Both the position numbers and the translations under genes were made by a program. Below, one piece after another: positions 11,898 to 24,456 of a stretch of DNA of 33,136 nucleotides (its first letter is position 1; every line of letters starts with the position of its first letter). Origin of the DNA: Chiloscyllium plagiosum (taxonomy: Eukaryota); NCBI RefSeq assembly GCF_004010195.1, contig NC_057758.1, positions 2,644,216 to 2,677,351 of the forward strand. The letters run 5' to 3'. The notes under the pieces are model-generated. The model had not been told where the DNA came from. It ran no database searches and saw nothing but the letters and a program-made list of their open reading frames with translations.

Positions 11898-12108
11898 AGA
11901 AAGTGAGGTCTGCAGATGCTGGAGATCAGAGCTGAAAATGTGTTGCTGGAAAAGCGCAGCAGGTCAGGCAGCATCCAGGGAACAGGAGAATCGACGTTTC
12001 GGGCATAAGCCCTTCTTCCTGAAGAAGGGCTTATGCCCGAAAAGTCGATCCTCCTGTTCCCTGGATGCTGCCTGACCTGCTGCGCTTTTCCAGCAACACA
12101 TTTTCATC
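11898..12108. mobile_element. Penelope-terminus/MER6-like element in inverted (palindromic) configuration, 13-bp TSD
   Basis: 86-bp inverted arms at 11933-12018 and 12021-12106. TSD GGTAAGATAGAGG at 11885-11897 and 12109-12121. Confidence 0.85.
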
Positions 12109-12474
12109 GGTAAGATAGAGGCAGGCAAGTTGTTTCCGTTGATGGGTAAGACTGGGACACGAGGACATGGCCTCAAGATTAAGGAAAGTAGGTAGATGAC
12201 AGCGATGAGGAGGAACTGCTTTGCCAGTGAGTGGCGAATCTATGGATAATCTATAATTATCTGCCCAACAATGCAGTCGACGCAGCTTCATTAAATACAT
12301 TGAAGACACAGTTGTTGGGTCTTTGCATGGTAGGAGAATTACGAGTTCTGCGGATCATGTAGGAAGGAGGAGCTGACATAAAAGATAAGCCACAATCTTA
12401 ATGAATGGCGGAGCCGACTCAATGGGCCAAATGTCGCAATCTTACTTCAATTGCTAGTACACTATGAAACTATA

Positions 12475-13227
12475 TTCACTCAGGCCAATCAAGCCATGTC
12501 TGCTTGTAGCCCTCTCTAGAAAATGAAGGGAATGGGATTGGACAGATAAAGCGAGAGGGAACGCGTCTATGATGGGAGTTAAGTGTTTGTCTGACAATCA
12601 CATCATGTATTGCCAGTCAGTAGGAAACGAGGGCAGACTCTTCACTGGCTGCAGTTTGTGATGATGCTGTCACGGTACAACAGCTATCTGGTCCTTGGGT
12701 TCTTTCAAGGTGGTCGTGACGAAAGTGTCGCTGAATTGAGTTTACAATTCCAGGAGAGTGGCCGCTTCCCCCAGTTCGAAATTTTTTTGCCTGATTTTGT
12801 TCAGCTGTAGCAGTCACAAGATGTTACAGCCTAGAATGTTTCCAAAATTCAGCAGATAATTCCAGATTAACTTTCGCTTTGAACTGTCTTTGGAAGATCT
12901 TCCCACCTGCCGTTAAGAACCTGCATTTTGGTTTACGTTCTTGCCAAGGGATGTGTTTATGGCATGTTACCGGTTTAGAAAGGTTCCTCTGTTAAGTTGC
13001 TGTATTGGGCCTTTTAAACTTCCCAACAGTTCAGTTGTTCTAAATTTCGTTTTTCTTTATTCCTGTTTCAACTGCTGTTTTAAATAAATTATGTTTTGAC
13101 CTAAAGACAGGTGGTTTGATCAGCTGCACCACACCTAAAATATATACCTCGTACCTGAGTTTAAAATAAAAAGACAGAAGGCTACGTTGTCAAAACATTT
13201 TGAGGGAGTCTCTCCTAGTTCGTCACA
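12475..13227 (+). repeat. 5' LTR of Gypsy copy B (left boundary uncertain)
   Basis: Ends GAGGGAGTCTCTCCTAGTTCGTCACA like the other two LTRs, has AATAAA at ~13083 and ~13164, and is followed by a PBS. Confidence 0.6.
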
Positions 13228-13230
13228 GAT

Positions 13231-13249
13231 TGTGGGTTTGCCCGGAATT
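13231..13249 (+). promoter_or_regulatory. Primer-binding site, tRNA-Pro-like
   Basis: TGTGGGTTTGCCCGGAATT compared with TGGGGGCTCGTCCGGGATT, 3 nt after the LTR-terminal CA. Confidence 0.6.
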
Positions 13250-14211
13250 GATTCTAAACCTCCAATTTGGGTTGTTGGGTTCGAAGGTCTTACTGCCTTT
13301 TTTCCAGGTGTTGGATTTGGTTGAGTTAAGCAGTGATTAGTATTGTAATGGCTTTTTCAATTACTAAGAGTTTTCTAGTTGTGAAAGAAGCAACGCTATG
13401 GTTTTTCAAACATTGAGCACGGCATAGCCGCTGAAATTAGCAGATAAGCTCGAGCAGGGATTGCTTTTGTCTGTGAGAAAAGGAGAGGTGATTATAGCAA
13501 CAGCTCTGTATTGAAATTTGCGAGAAACGCTATGTGAATCTTTGAAAAGGGTTAGAGCTCAATTGCAGACGAGGCAGCTTGAAGATGAAAAGGAACTGAA
13601 ACAGTTTCAATTACGGGTAAAAGTAGGGGAAAAAGAAAATGAGAGGACAGCCCGAGCAACAGAAAAGGAAGAAAAGAGAGAGAAGAAAGGGCGAAAAGAG
13701 AGTACGGACAGGGAGAAAGAGAGAACGTTTGGATTTCAGAAATTGTCACTTAGACAGGAAAGTCGGCTGAAAAGGATGAAGGCGAATGCAGAAGGTATGC
13801 TGAGTTGGTAAGAGAGTGAGAATGAGCAAATGCATCGTAGTGAAAGGCCAGCTGGAGATCTGTTTCAATATATCCGAGCATTATCTAAAGTTGATTAGAA
13901 GAATGTAGAATTCTTTTTCATCTCATTTGAGCAAGTGGCTGAACAAATGCAGTGGCTAGTGACCATGTGGATTTTGTTGGTCCAAACAAAGCTGGTAGAT
14001 ACAGCTACTGAAATGCTTGCAACACTATCAGATGAAGTATCTGGGAATTATGAGGAGATGAAGAAAGCCATCTTAAGTTTGTATGAGCTTGTGCCAGAAG
14101 CAGAAGGACAGTAAAAGAAGGGGCCTGGTCAAAAATACATTCAATTTGAAAGGAAAAACAAAGCAATTTAAATAGCCAGATACAGGCATTAAAAATAGGT
14201 CAAACATATGA

Positions 14212-16487
14212 GAACTAGCATCTGACAGGTGTTAAAACTAAGAAGTGTGAAGAAGGAAAAGGGTAAAACCCCAAGAAGTATAATGACCAATGAGAAGCAA
14301 AACTGCAGGTTTACAACTGTGGGGGTGGATTCAATTTCATTGAAATTTATGAATAAATGGGAGACCTCAGGAAATGTGATGAGATTCTGCAGCACACAGA
14401 ATAGGACAGACTGTTTGGAAACGGTTAGGAATCAAGTTCAAACATATTGGATAAACGAATAACAATGAGAAGATGGACGGTCAATACAGGACTAAAGGTA
14501 TTGTTTTGTTACTGAATGTGTCGTATATGAAATAAGGTACATGAACTTGTGGCACAAATTAACGTTGGGAGGCATGATGTGATAGGGATCACGGTGATGT
14601 GGCTGCAAGGGGATAAAGACTGGGGGAAGACATCGAAGGATATACATCCTTTAGAAAAGACAGGCAAGAGGGCAGAGGGGTCAGTATGTTGCATCAGCAA
14701 AAATGTAACCAAGTAATAGTAAATGAAGTAGGGTCAGATTATGTTGAATCTGTGTGTGTAGAGTTGAGGAACGGCAAAGGTACAAAATAAAATTCTGGGA
14801 ATTATCTTCAAGCCTCCAAACATTAGGCAGGATATTAGTCATAAGATACACCAAAAGTTAGAGAAGGCGTGGAAGAAAGGCAAGGTTACAGAGACCATAG
14901 GGGTATTCAAGATGCAGCTGGACTGGGAAACAACAATTTTGTCGTGGACTGCAAGAACAATTAATTTGTCGAATGTCTGCGTGATGGACGTTTGCAGCAG
15001 CTTGTGGTGGAGTCCATTGGCAATTCTGGATTTAGTGTTGTGCAATTAGGCAGACTTCAGTAGGGACCTTAAGATGAAGTAACCTTTAGGCGGCCGTAAC
15101 CATAATACGACAGAATTTACTCCGCAGTTTTAGAGGGAGAACGGTATTATACTTTAATAAAGATACCTTCAGAGCTACGAGGGAGGAGCTGATTGTAATT
15201 GATTGGCAGAGGGCTCAACAAGGATGAGACAACCATGAGACCAGGAGCGTCAGTGACAGCAGACACGAAAAAAACGGAAACATATAATGTGGCGAAGGGC
15301 AGAGGGAAGCCGGACGATTGGGAAGCCCAGAAAGACCAACAGAGGACAACGGAGAAAGAAATAAGGATGGAGAAGATTAAACATGAGGGTAAGGTAGCGC
15401 GTAATATTAGGAAAGATTGCAAGAGACTCTTTGGGTATATGAAGGACAAAGGAGAGCCAAAGCTGATATTGGGGCACTGGAAAATTATACTGGAATAATG
15501 GGGGAAAACTAAATGGCTGACGAACTGAATATGTACTTTGCACCAGTTTTCACGGTGGAAAACATGAATTATATCCCACAAAACCAAGACAGTCAGGAGG
15601 CAGATATGAGTATGGTGGCCATCACTGTTGGAGAAGGTGCTAAAAAAAACTGCAACGTCTAAAAGTGGACAAATTTTCTGGACCAGATGGACTAGACCAT
15701 AGTGTTCTGAGGGAAATATCTGAAGAGATAGTGGAGGCTTTAGTGCTATTCTTTCAGGTAACACTGGAGTCAGGGAGGTGCCCAAAGGACTGGAAAAAAG
15801 CTTCTGTTTAAAAAGGCAGTAAGGGAAATGCCGGGAAATTAAATGCTGAGTCGCCTAACCTCAGCTGTTGGTAAGGTTTTGAAGTCTATTATGAAGGATC
15901 ACATTTCTGGATAATTGAAAGTGCATGGAAAATAGGGCAAAGTCAGCATGGGTTCATCAAGGGGTGCTCATGCCTGACAAACGTATCAGAATTCTTTGTG
16001 GAGGTAATGGACATTTTAGCCAATTGATGCTACCTACCTACACTTTCTGAAGGCCTTTGATGAGGCTGTGGAGTAAGATTATAACCCATGATTTTCGAGG
16101 TAAGGAACTAGCATAAATACATATTTGCACTCTGGCAAAGAGTAGAGACTGGGGATAAAAGGGTCCTTCACAGGAAGGAAGCCAGTGACCATTCGGTAGG
16201 AAGAATAGAGGCATGGACCATTATCGAAATGCGCAGTAAATTCAGAAGTCAGAAGTGCAAAGTGACTTGGGAGTGCTTGTCCAGTTTGCTCATAAGGTGA
16301 ACTTACAGGTTTAATCGGAATTTGGGAAGGCAAAGACAATACATTCATTCATCTCGAGAAAAGTAGAATGTAAAAACAGGAATGTAGTTCTGACGCTTGA
16401 AAGGCTCTGGTGGATCACATGTAGCTAGTTGTGAGCAAATGTTGGGGCCCATTCCTGAGAAAGACTGTATTGACCCTAGAGCGAGTC
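14212..16487 (+). mobile_element. Old CR1 (EN to RT) with internal deletions, 3' end cut by the next CR1
   Basis: KVHELVAQINVGRHDVIGITVMWL (EN), ARNIRKDCKRLFGYMK, QSQHGFIKGCSCLT. Confidence 0.8.
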
Positions 16488-18962
16488 AAAGAACAAAGAA
16501 CAAAGAAAATTACACCACAGCAGCAGGCCCTTCGTCCCTCCAAGCCTGTGCTGATCCAGGTATTCTACCTAACCTATCACCGATTTGCCAAGGATCTATA
16601 TGACTCTGCTCCTTGCCCTTTCATCATGTATCTGTCTAGATACATCTTAAATTACGCTATCGTGCCTCTAACACATCCGCTGGCAACGCATTCTATGCAC
16701 CCACCACCCTCTGTGCAAAGAACGTCTATGAATATCTCCCTTAAACTTTTTTTCCTCTAACCTTGAACTCGTGACCTCGAGTAATTGAGTCCCCCATTCT
16801 GGGGAAAAAAGAAAAAAGATTTCGTTATCCAGCCTGTCGACATCTGTCTTGAGTTAAGTAGACCTCAGCCAGGTCCCTGCTCAACCTCAGGCTTTCAAAT
16901 GGAAATAATACTAATCTACTCAGCCTCTCTTCATAGCTAGCGCCCTCCAAAGCAGGTAACATTGTGTCGAAACTCCTCTGCACCCTCTTCAAAACATCCA
17001 CATTCTTTTGATACTATCAAAAGATACATCAACTGCTTTACCCTCATCCAACTGTTTGGTCACCATCTCAAAGAACTCAATAAGGTTTGTGAAATGGAAC
17101 GTAGCCTTCACAATTTCATGCTGACTATCCCTAATCCAATTATTCTTTTCTAGATGATAATAAATCCTACCTATTATAACTTTTTCTAAAGCTTTACACA
17201 CAACCAAAGCAAGTCTCACTGGTCTAAAATTACCAGGATTGTCTCTACTTCCCTTCTTGAAAAAACGGACAACATTTGCTATCGTCCAATCTTTGTTCTT
17301 GTAGACAATGACAATGTACAGATGAAAACCAAAGGCTCTGCAATCTCCTCCGTGGTTTCCCAGAGAATCCTAAGGTAATAAAAATCTGGCGCAGGCGACT
17401 TTTCTATTTTCATACTTCACAGAATTGCTAACACCTCTTTTTTGTGAATCGCAGTCCTGTTAGGTCTCGTAACCTGCCCTCAGTATTCTCCTCGAGAACA
17501 TTGTCTTTTTGCAGCGTGGATACCAACGGAAAATATTCACTTTGCGCATTTGCTATCTTTGTAGGTCTTTCCTGGCGAATTTGTCAATCTCTTGCGCCCT
17601 AACTGAGCCTTCACGTCTCATCCCAATACAAGGTTTCTTCTTCCTCTTGAAATGAGATTTAACTTCTTTAGTAAACCACGTCTCCCTCTCTCAGCGACTT
17701 CCTAACTACCTGACAGATACATATTTATCAAGGATATGCAGTAGTTGTTCCTTGAATAAGCTCCACATTTCAAATGTGCCCAACCACTGGAGTTTCTTCC
17801 CAATTCCAAGCCACCTAAGTCTTGCCGAATCGCTTCATAATAGCCTTTCATGCAACAATAAATCTTGCCCTGCCGTATGCACAGACCCTTTCCATTGCTA
17901 AAGTAAACATAACCGAATTGTGTTCACGATCACCGAAGTGCTCACATACCTCCAAAGCTAACAGCTGGCCGGGTTCATTACCCAGTAGCAAATCCAATAT
18001 GGCCTCAACCCTTATTGGCCTGTCTACGTACTGTGTTAGGAAACTCTCCTGCGCACATTAGAAAAAGAAACGGATACACCGAAAGTGCCCCAACTATAGT
18101 ATTTCCAAGCAATGCGTGGAAACGTAAAACCCCCACAATAGCTATCTTTAGACTCTCGCTGCTAATCAAAACAATGTTGGCTTTCAGTTCCTCTAAATCT
18201 CTGGAACTATTTGGAGGTCTATAGAAACCCCCAACAGGGTGACCTCTCCTTTCCTGTTACTAACCTCCGCCTATTCTATCTCCGTAGACGAGTCCTCAAA
18301 TGTCCTTTCTGCAATCGTAATAATGTCCTTGACTGACAATACCACGCCTCTCCCTCTGAAATAATCCTGACTGTTCTTACTAAATCACAGAACCTGCAAG
18401 AACTATTCCTGTCCTTGCTCTATCCATGCCTCCGAAAGGACACAACATTGAATTCCTAGGTCCCAACACATGTTGCACGTTCACCACCTTGTTCCGTATG
18501 ACCCTAGTGTTGAAGTAGACACATTTCAAACCACCTTCCTGCTTGCTGGTGCACTCGCCCGACCTTGAACCCTTATTTCTGAACTCGTTACTCTCCACTC
18601 CCTGGACACTGAAACTACAATTTAAGTTCTGATACCGCTGCTGAATTAGTTTAAACCCGCCCCATCACCCCAAAATAATGTCACCCCTTTGGTTCAGGTG
18701 TAGACAACTCTGTTTGTAGAGATCCCACGAACCACAGAATGCGCCCAAATCATCCAGGTATCGCAAACCCTCTCTCCTGCAACATCCCTCTAGCCACGTG
18801 TTCAACTCCACGCTCTCCGTATTCTTTGCCTCGCTCGCACGTAGCACGGGAAACAAACCAGAGGTAACAACTCTTTGTTCTAGCTCTAAGCTTTCACTAT
18901 AGCTTCCCGAATTTCTGCCGAAAATCCCCATCCGATTTCCTACCTACATCGTTCGTGTGTAG
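16488..18962 (-). mobile_element. CR1 LINE with (TTCTTTG)n tail, heavily deleted, including ORF1 3' end
   Basis: Tail caaagaacaaagaacaaagaa at 16488; IRDSQHEIVK..TNLIEFFE; LKCVYFNTRVIRNKV; ORF1 VVTSGLFPV..LHLNQRG. Confidence 0.85.
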
Positions 18963-19645
18963 TTCCCTGCAGGTTTTCGTTGCTACGTCCTTACTGTCTA
19001 CTAACATCCTCATTTGGTTCCCACCCCCCGCCACATTAGTTTAAAACTCTCCAACAGCGTTTGAAACAGCACCCCTGAAATTATCTTATCCAATCCTGCC
19101 AGGTGTGGACCGTCCGATTTGTAACACTCTCACGTCCCCCAGAACTGTTCTCAAAGTTCCAAGAATCTAAACCCCTCCTTCGTGCACCATCTCTCAAGCC
19201 ACTCATTCACTCTGCGTTTTATTTTCATTTCTACTCTGGGTACTATCTGGTGCTGGTAGCAACCCTGAGATTACTACCTCTGAAGTCCTGCTTTTGAAAT
19301 TGTCTCCTAACTCACTAAATTCTCTTGTTGGATTTTTACCTATACCATTGCTGCCTATAAGCACCAAGACAGCTGGCTGTTTACCTCTCCCTTCAGAATG
19401 TCCTGCATCCGATCTGACACATCCTTGACCCTTGCAACTGGGAGGCAAAATACCATTGGGGAGTTTATTTCAGACCACAGAACCGTCTATCTACTTCTCT
19501 TACAATTAAACCCCCTATGGTACTCACCCTTTCATTCTCTTTCGCGCCCTTTTGTGCAGCAGAGCCAGACATGGTGCTATGAACCTGGCAACTGCAGCTT
19601 ACCCTGATGAGATATCTCCCCCAGAAGTATTCAAAACAACATCCC
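18963..19645 (-). mobile_element. Second CR1 ORF1 (esterase) fragment from a different subfamily
   Basis: VLVLIGSNGIGK...VVISGLLP; ORF1/ORF2 junction motif (attagtttaaa on the + strand) at ~19036. Confidence 0.75.
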
Positions 19646-20130
19646 TGCTATTTCTCGGCAGGGACGAATTGCCTAATTTCTTGTCCAATGTGTTATAGTC
19701 TAATGGTATTATGGTTTTGTCAATTTCAGTCTGTGAAGGGGTAGAAATTAGGGATAAAAGAAATCCTCACTTAGTAAGGGAAAAAGAGATTTGGTTGAAG
19801 ACAATAACGATAGCTTACCACTGGGTACAAAGGAACCCCATGAAGGTAAAGAGAATTTAAAAAGCTCCAAAACTTTCCGTGCAATAAAGTAGACCACACG
19901 ACGTCACAGTGTTGGTGGTTTAGACAAAAGGACTGGGAAGACTAATTAGGAAAAAAGATAAGCCAGTGAACTTTGTAGAAGTGGTAAAGGAAAGCAGCAT
20001 TTATAATTTACAACCTGGTCAGAGATTGGTTGAGGAGAAAGTGGCAGATCCTCTTAAACTATTTACTTTCGAAAGTACATTTTACTTCCAGATGCCAGGA
20101 GCTGCAGGGAGAGAAGTTATCGTATTAATG

Positions 20131-20327
20131 CAGGACCATTTTCATCATTGATGTTCACCTGTCCCTCTGCTTGCCGTCACTTCCTCTGCTGCTCCCGCTC
20201 TTTCTGTGAAGGAGAGAGAAAACAAAACACCGATGCCCGCTACAGGTAAGTAGTTTTGAAAAAAACTCTTACCTTAGCTGTAGTCTCCCGGGTTCACCTC
20301 AACTCGGCCGCTGCTCCCACTCAAATG
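20131..20327 (-). mobile_element. Orphan CR1-like 5'UTR fragment
   Basis: GCTGCTCCCGCTCTT and AGGTAAG...CTTACCT motifs, as in the 5'UTR monomers at 9722-9951. Confidence 0.55.
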
Positions 20328-20471
20328 CCAGAAAAAAAAGTGTTAGTACGTGGAATTCATGACGACAAAATGAATTGACTAATTTGTCGAGTAAGGTTAG
20401 AGTGTTCTGGGAAAAGTGAAGAAGTGGTCCTAGCAATAATGGAAAAACTCTCAGCACCGGAAATACAATTT

Positions 20472-20746
20472 AGATTATATTAGATTACTTACAGTGTGGA
20501 AACAGGCCCTTCGGCCCAACAAGTCCACACTGACCCGCCGAAGCGCAACCCACCTAGACCCAATCCCCTACATTTACCCCTTCACTTAACACTCCGGGCA
20601 ATTTAGCTTGGCCAATTAAACTAACCTGCACATTTTTCGACTGTGGGAGGAAGCCGGAGCACCCGGAGGAAACCCGCGCAGACACGGGGAGAATGTGCAT
20701 TCTCCACACAGTTAGTCGCCTGAGGTGGGAATTGAACCTGGGTTCA
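20472..20746 (-). mobile_element. HE1 V-SINE, 5'-truncated at box B (copy 1 of a tandem pair)
   Basis: V-domain (rc) TTCTCCCCGTGTCTGCGCGGGTTTCCTCCGGGTGCTCCGG, box B GGTTCAATTCC, (AATCT)n tail. Confidence 0.92.
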
Positions 20747-20795
20747 GTAATTTAATCTAATAATGGAAAAACTCTCAGCACCGGAAATACAATTT

Positions 20796-21070
20796 AGATT
20801 AGATTAGATTACTTAAAGTGTGGAAACAGGCCCTTCTACCCAACAAGTCCACACTGACCCGCCGAAGCGCAACCCACCCAGACCCATTCCCCTACATTTA
20901 CTCCTTCACTTAACACTATGGGCAATTTAGCGTTGCCAATTCAACTAACCTGCACATTTTTGGACTGTGGGAGGAAGCCGGAGCACCCGGAGGAAACCCG
21001 CGCAGACACGGGGAGAATGTGCAGTCTCCACACAGTCAGTCGCCTGAGGTGGGAATTGAACCTGGGTTCA
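20796..21070 (-). mobile_element. HE1 V-SINE, copy 2 of the tandem pair
   Basis: About 95% identical to 20472-20746 by eye, with the same truncation point. Confidence 0.92.
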
Positions 21071-22393
21071 AAAATTTAATCTAATCTAATAATGGAAAAA
21101 ACTCTCAGCACCGGAAATACAATTTGTCCTCAGTAATGATGTAGTTCAGTCAAAAGTCAGATTGTTTGAAAAATCTGCGGAAAATTAGGCAACAGATGTA
21201 TTACACGAAACATATCCTGGGCTTTCTTCTTGACTGTGTGGCAATAAATTGACAAAGTCACCAGTTGAAACAGGAGAAGAAATCAAAGAATACAGACAAA
21301 GAAGTTGATGTAAAATTCTCAGAAGCCATGTTTGATCAAATGTTTGAGACAAACCAGGAACAAATGGAGAATAGCTCGATATTTTGAGCTCAGAGAATTT
21401 AACTAAGTTTCAAAAGAATGATGAAAACCTGAAACAATTTTATCAAGAAACCTGCACAGGAGAAAAATCTACGTCTTTCCCTGAATGCGACTATCTTAAA
21501 AATGAATTCGTGATGAGGAAATTAATATGATCACACATTCAGCAAATGAGGAATGGACAGAAGTTCATCAAGTTGTATTAGAAGAGGGTGCAGAAAGGAA
21601 ATGTTGCGGTTAGCGCATGAATAATGAGCAGGAGCACATTTACGTAGCATTCAAATTAAAATACAAAAACTGACCTCAAATGCTCAAGATGCAGTTGAAT
21701 TTTGTCAAGTACATCAAATAAGGAAAACCGGAGGTAGAAATTACACCTTTAATACCTGTTCCTGAATTGGAAGAACATTCTTCAAGAGTCTGAATTGATT
21801 GTCTACCGAAAAGATAAAGACGCAATCAGTATGCGTTAACAGGAATGAATGTGTCTGCGAGATTCCCAGAAGCAATTCCATTATGCAATATTACAGTTAA
21901 ACAATTGTAAAAGAGTTACTCCAATGTTTCACTATATACGGACTGCTCACAGAGAAACAATCAGATCAAGGGTCATTAAAATTATTCAGGGAATTAATGG
22001 ATAGCTGAGGAATAAAACAATTCGACTCCACTGCGTACGATCCAGAATCGCAGGGAACGTTAAAAAACATGGCATCAGACATTAAAGATCATGATTAAGG
22101 ATTACGTTCAAGACTAACTAATTGATTGGGATATTGGAATTCCATTTGTAATTGTTGCCATTCCAGTTGCACCAATTGTATCGACCAAATTCAACCCATT
22201 TGAATTAGCTTTTGGGAAGGAGGTGAGAGGACGACTGAAACTAATTGAGGGGAATATGGTGAGTCAGAAGTTATAGAGCAAATATTTGTCCTAAAATTTG
22301 GGCAAATTTTTGGGGAATTGCTAAATAGATCAGGGGTATTTGCTGTGCAATAACTAATAATATTACAGAAGATGATGAAATAGGAAGCAGATT

Positions 22394-24456
22394 GATTAAA
22401 GTAGTTTGCTTACAGATAAAAATTACTTAGCTAAATAGCTGGATTTCAAGCTCTATATTTTTCTGTGAGAATAAAAGGCAAGCTTGACAGGAACAAAGAA
22501 CATTAAGTGTCAAGACATACTGAAGCTTTGAACAGAAAAATGAAGCAGATATGGTTTACGTTGCAAGCAGCTGATATAAAGGGATTTCCTTTAGGTATGC
22601 AGAGAATGTAGAAATGTACTAAAGAAGGAAATCAGAAGGGTGAAAGTAGGGCACGAGATAGCCTTGCATTAGAAGAATAGGGTAAGTCAAAAAAGGCTGT
22701 TTAAGCATAATGAAGAAAAAAATGAATATCTCGAGAGAGTAGAAATTTTCAAATAGCAAAGTGGAGATGTATGTGCAAAGGCGTAGGAGATGGCTGTGGC
22801 CATGAATGAATGTTCGTCCTCTGTGTTTACTCTGGAGAAAGACATGAAGACCTGGGATCTTGGGGTTGCTAGTTCTGATATCTTGGGACAGTTCATATCA
22901 TAGTAGTGATAATATGTTGGATGTACTTGAATGTATGAAGGTGGAAAAATCTCCTGGTTCTGAACAGATATATTCAAGAACATTGCAAGACGCTAGAGAA
23001 GGAATTGTCAGAGACCTGGCTGATATGTTTGCATCATCGTTAACAACGAGTGAGGTCCGAGTAGACTGGAAGATAGTGAATGTTGCACCCCTATTCAAGA
23101 AGGCCAGCAAGGAAAACAGATCCATAGACCAGTAAGCCGAACATGTGTAGCAAGTAAGTTACTTGAGAAGATTCTGAGAGATAAGTTGAATATGCATTTG
23201 GAAAGATCGGGTTTGCAGATGGATGGTCAGCGTGGCATCTTAGATTTCTTTGATGAAGTGACAGGAAAGCTTGACGAATGCAGTGTGACGGACGTATTAG
23301 ATATGGGTTTCAGTAAGGCCTTTCATAACGATCCACATGGACGGCTGCTGTGGAAGTATCGATCTTATGAAATCCAGTTGAGCCACCCATTTGGATGCAC
23401 AATTGGTTTGATGGGAAGAAACAGAGGGTAATAGTGAAGGGATGTTTGTCGGACTAGAGGCCTGTGACTAGTGGAGTGCCCCGGGGTATTTGCTGAACCC
23501 ATTATTGTTTGCTATCTATATGATTGGGATGAGCATGTAAAAGGCATGAGTAGTAAGTTTTCAGATGTCAGTAAAATCGGCGGTATCGGCGACACCGACG
23601 AAGGTTGATCAGCAGGGGAAGTGGACTGGGAAATAGCAAGTGATGTTTAATATAGATATGTGTGAGGTATTGCATTTTGGAAAGTCACATCAAGGTAGGA
23701 GCTCAATTGTGAATGGTCAGCCCTTAAGGAGTGCAATTGAATAGAGAGACTTTGTAGATCGGGTGCATGCATCTATGAAAATGGTGTCACAGGCAGACAG
23801 CACAGTAAAGAAGGTTTTTGGTACACTGGCCTTCATCAGTCGGGGCATTGAGTATCGACGTTCTGAAGTCATGTTGCAGCTGTACAGAACTTTGATGAGG
23901 TTGCGCGTGGAGTACTCTGTTCACTTTTGATCACCTTGTAATAGGAGGGATGTTATTAAACTGGAAAGAGTGCAAAAGAAATTTACACGCATGTTACCAG
24001 GACTCAAGGGTCTGATCTACAAGGAATGGCTGGTTAAGTTCGGATTTATTTTCTGCAAAGTGTTCAAGATTGAGGGAGGAACTTCGATAAGTTCGTTAGG
24101 TCATGAGAGGCATGGATAGGTTACGTACACTTTGTACTTTCAGCAGAGCTCTGGAATTTAGGACTACACCATCAGTTAAAGATGAGGACGAAGAACGAAA
24201 GTGAACCTGAGGGGCAATCTTTTTACACAGAAAGTGATACGCATGTGGGTAGAGCTGCCAGGAGAAGTTGTTGAGGAGGTATATTAACGACATTCAAAAG
24301 GCATTTGGGCAAATACATGAATAAGAAAGGTTAAGAAAGACTTAGGCCAAGTGCATGGAAATGGCATTAGCATAAATGGACATTCTAGTCTGCACGGAAC
24401 AGTTTAAGCCAAACAAGCTGCTCGAGATGTGGGTCTCTTTGACTCTATGCAACTAT
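22394..24456 (+). mobile_element. 5'-truncated decayed CR1 inserted in the integrase of Gypsy B
   Basis: KSPGSEQIY..DWKIVNVAPLFKK and FSKAFHNDPHGRLL; tail gactctatgcaactat. Its flanks (ggaagcagat / aaatcaaaaactc) are contiguous in copy C at ~28452-28478. Confidence 0.87.

Larger units (their letters stand above)
10880..12473 (+). mobile_element. Old CR1 LINE 3' half, decayed, with two internal insertions
   Basis: FQKTFDKVWHKRFIHKI...AWMKDWL and LYKILLRAHLHDCVQFWSPYLRKDI; degenerate 3'UTR at ~12390-12473. Confidence 0.85.

Noticed and set aside
11933..12106. miRNA precursor or MITE
   Set aside because: Single-arm copies of the same sequence occur at 11046 and 28606, one arm has an unpaired 35-bp extension, and the TSD is 13 bp. 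This fits an inverted retro-insertion better.
13518..13811. Lys/Glu/Arg-rich host protein ORF (also 25332-25646)
   Set aside because: It is the coiled-coil, purine-rich part of Gypsy gag, or an off-frame reading of it, flanked by stops and frameshifts.
15147..15785. 212-aa hydrophobic ORF on the minus strand
   Set aside because: It is the antisense shadow of purine-rich CR1 ORF2 and has no recognisable domain.
20435..21125. CRISPR-like array of three 37-bp direct repeats
   Set aside because: The 'spacers' are ~290 bp, near-identical SINE copies. The repeat is Gypsy coding sequence, there are no cas genes, and the context is eukaryotic.
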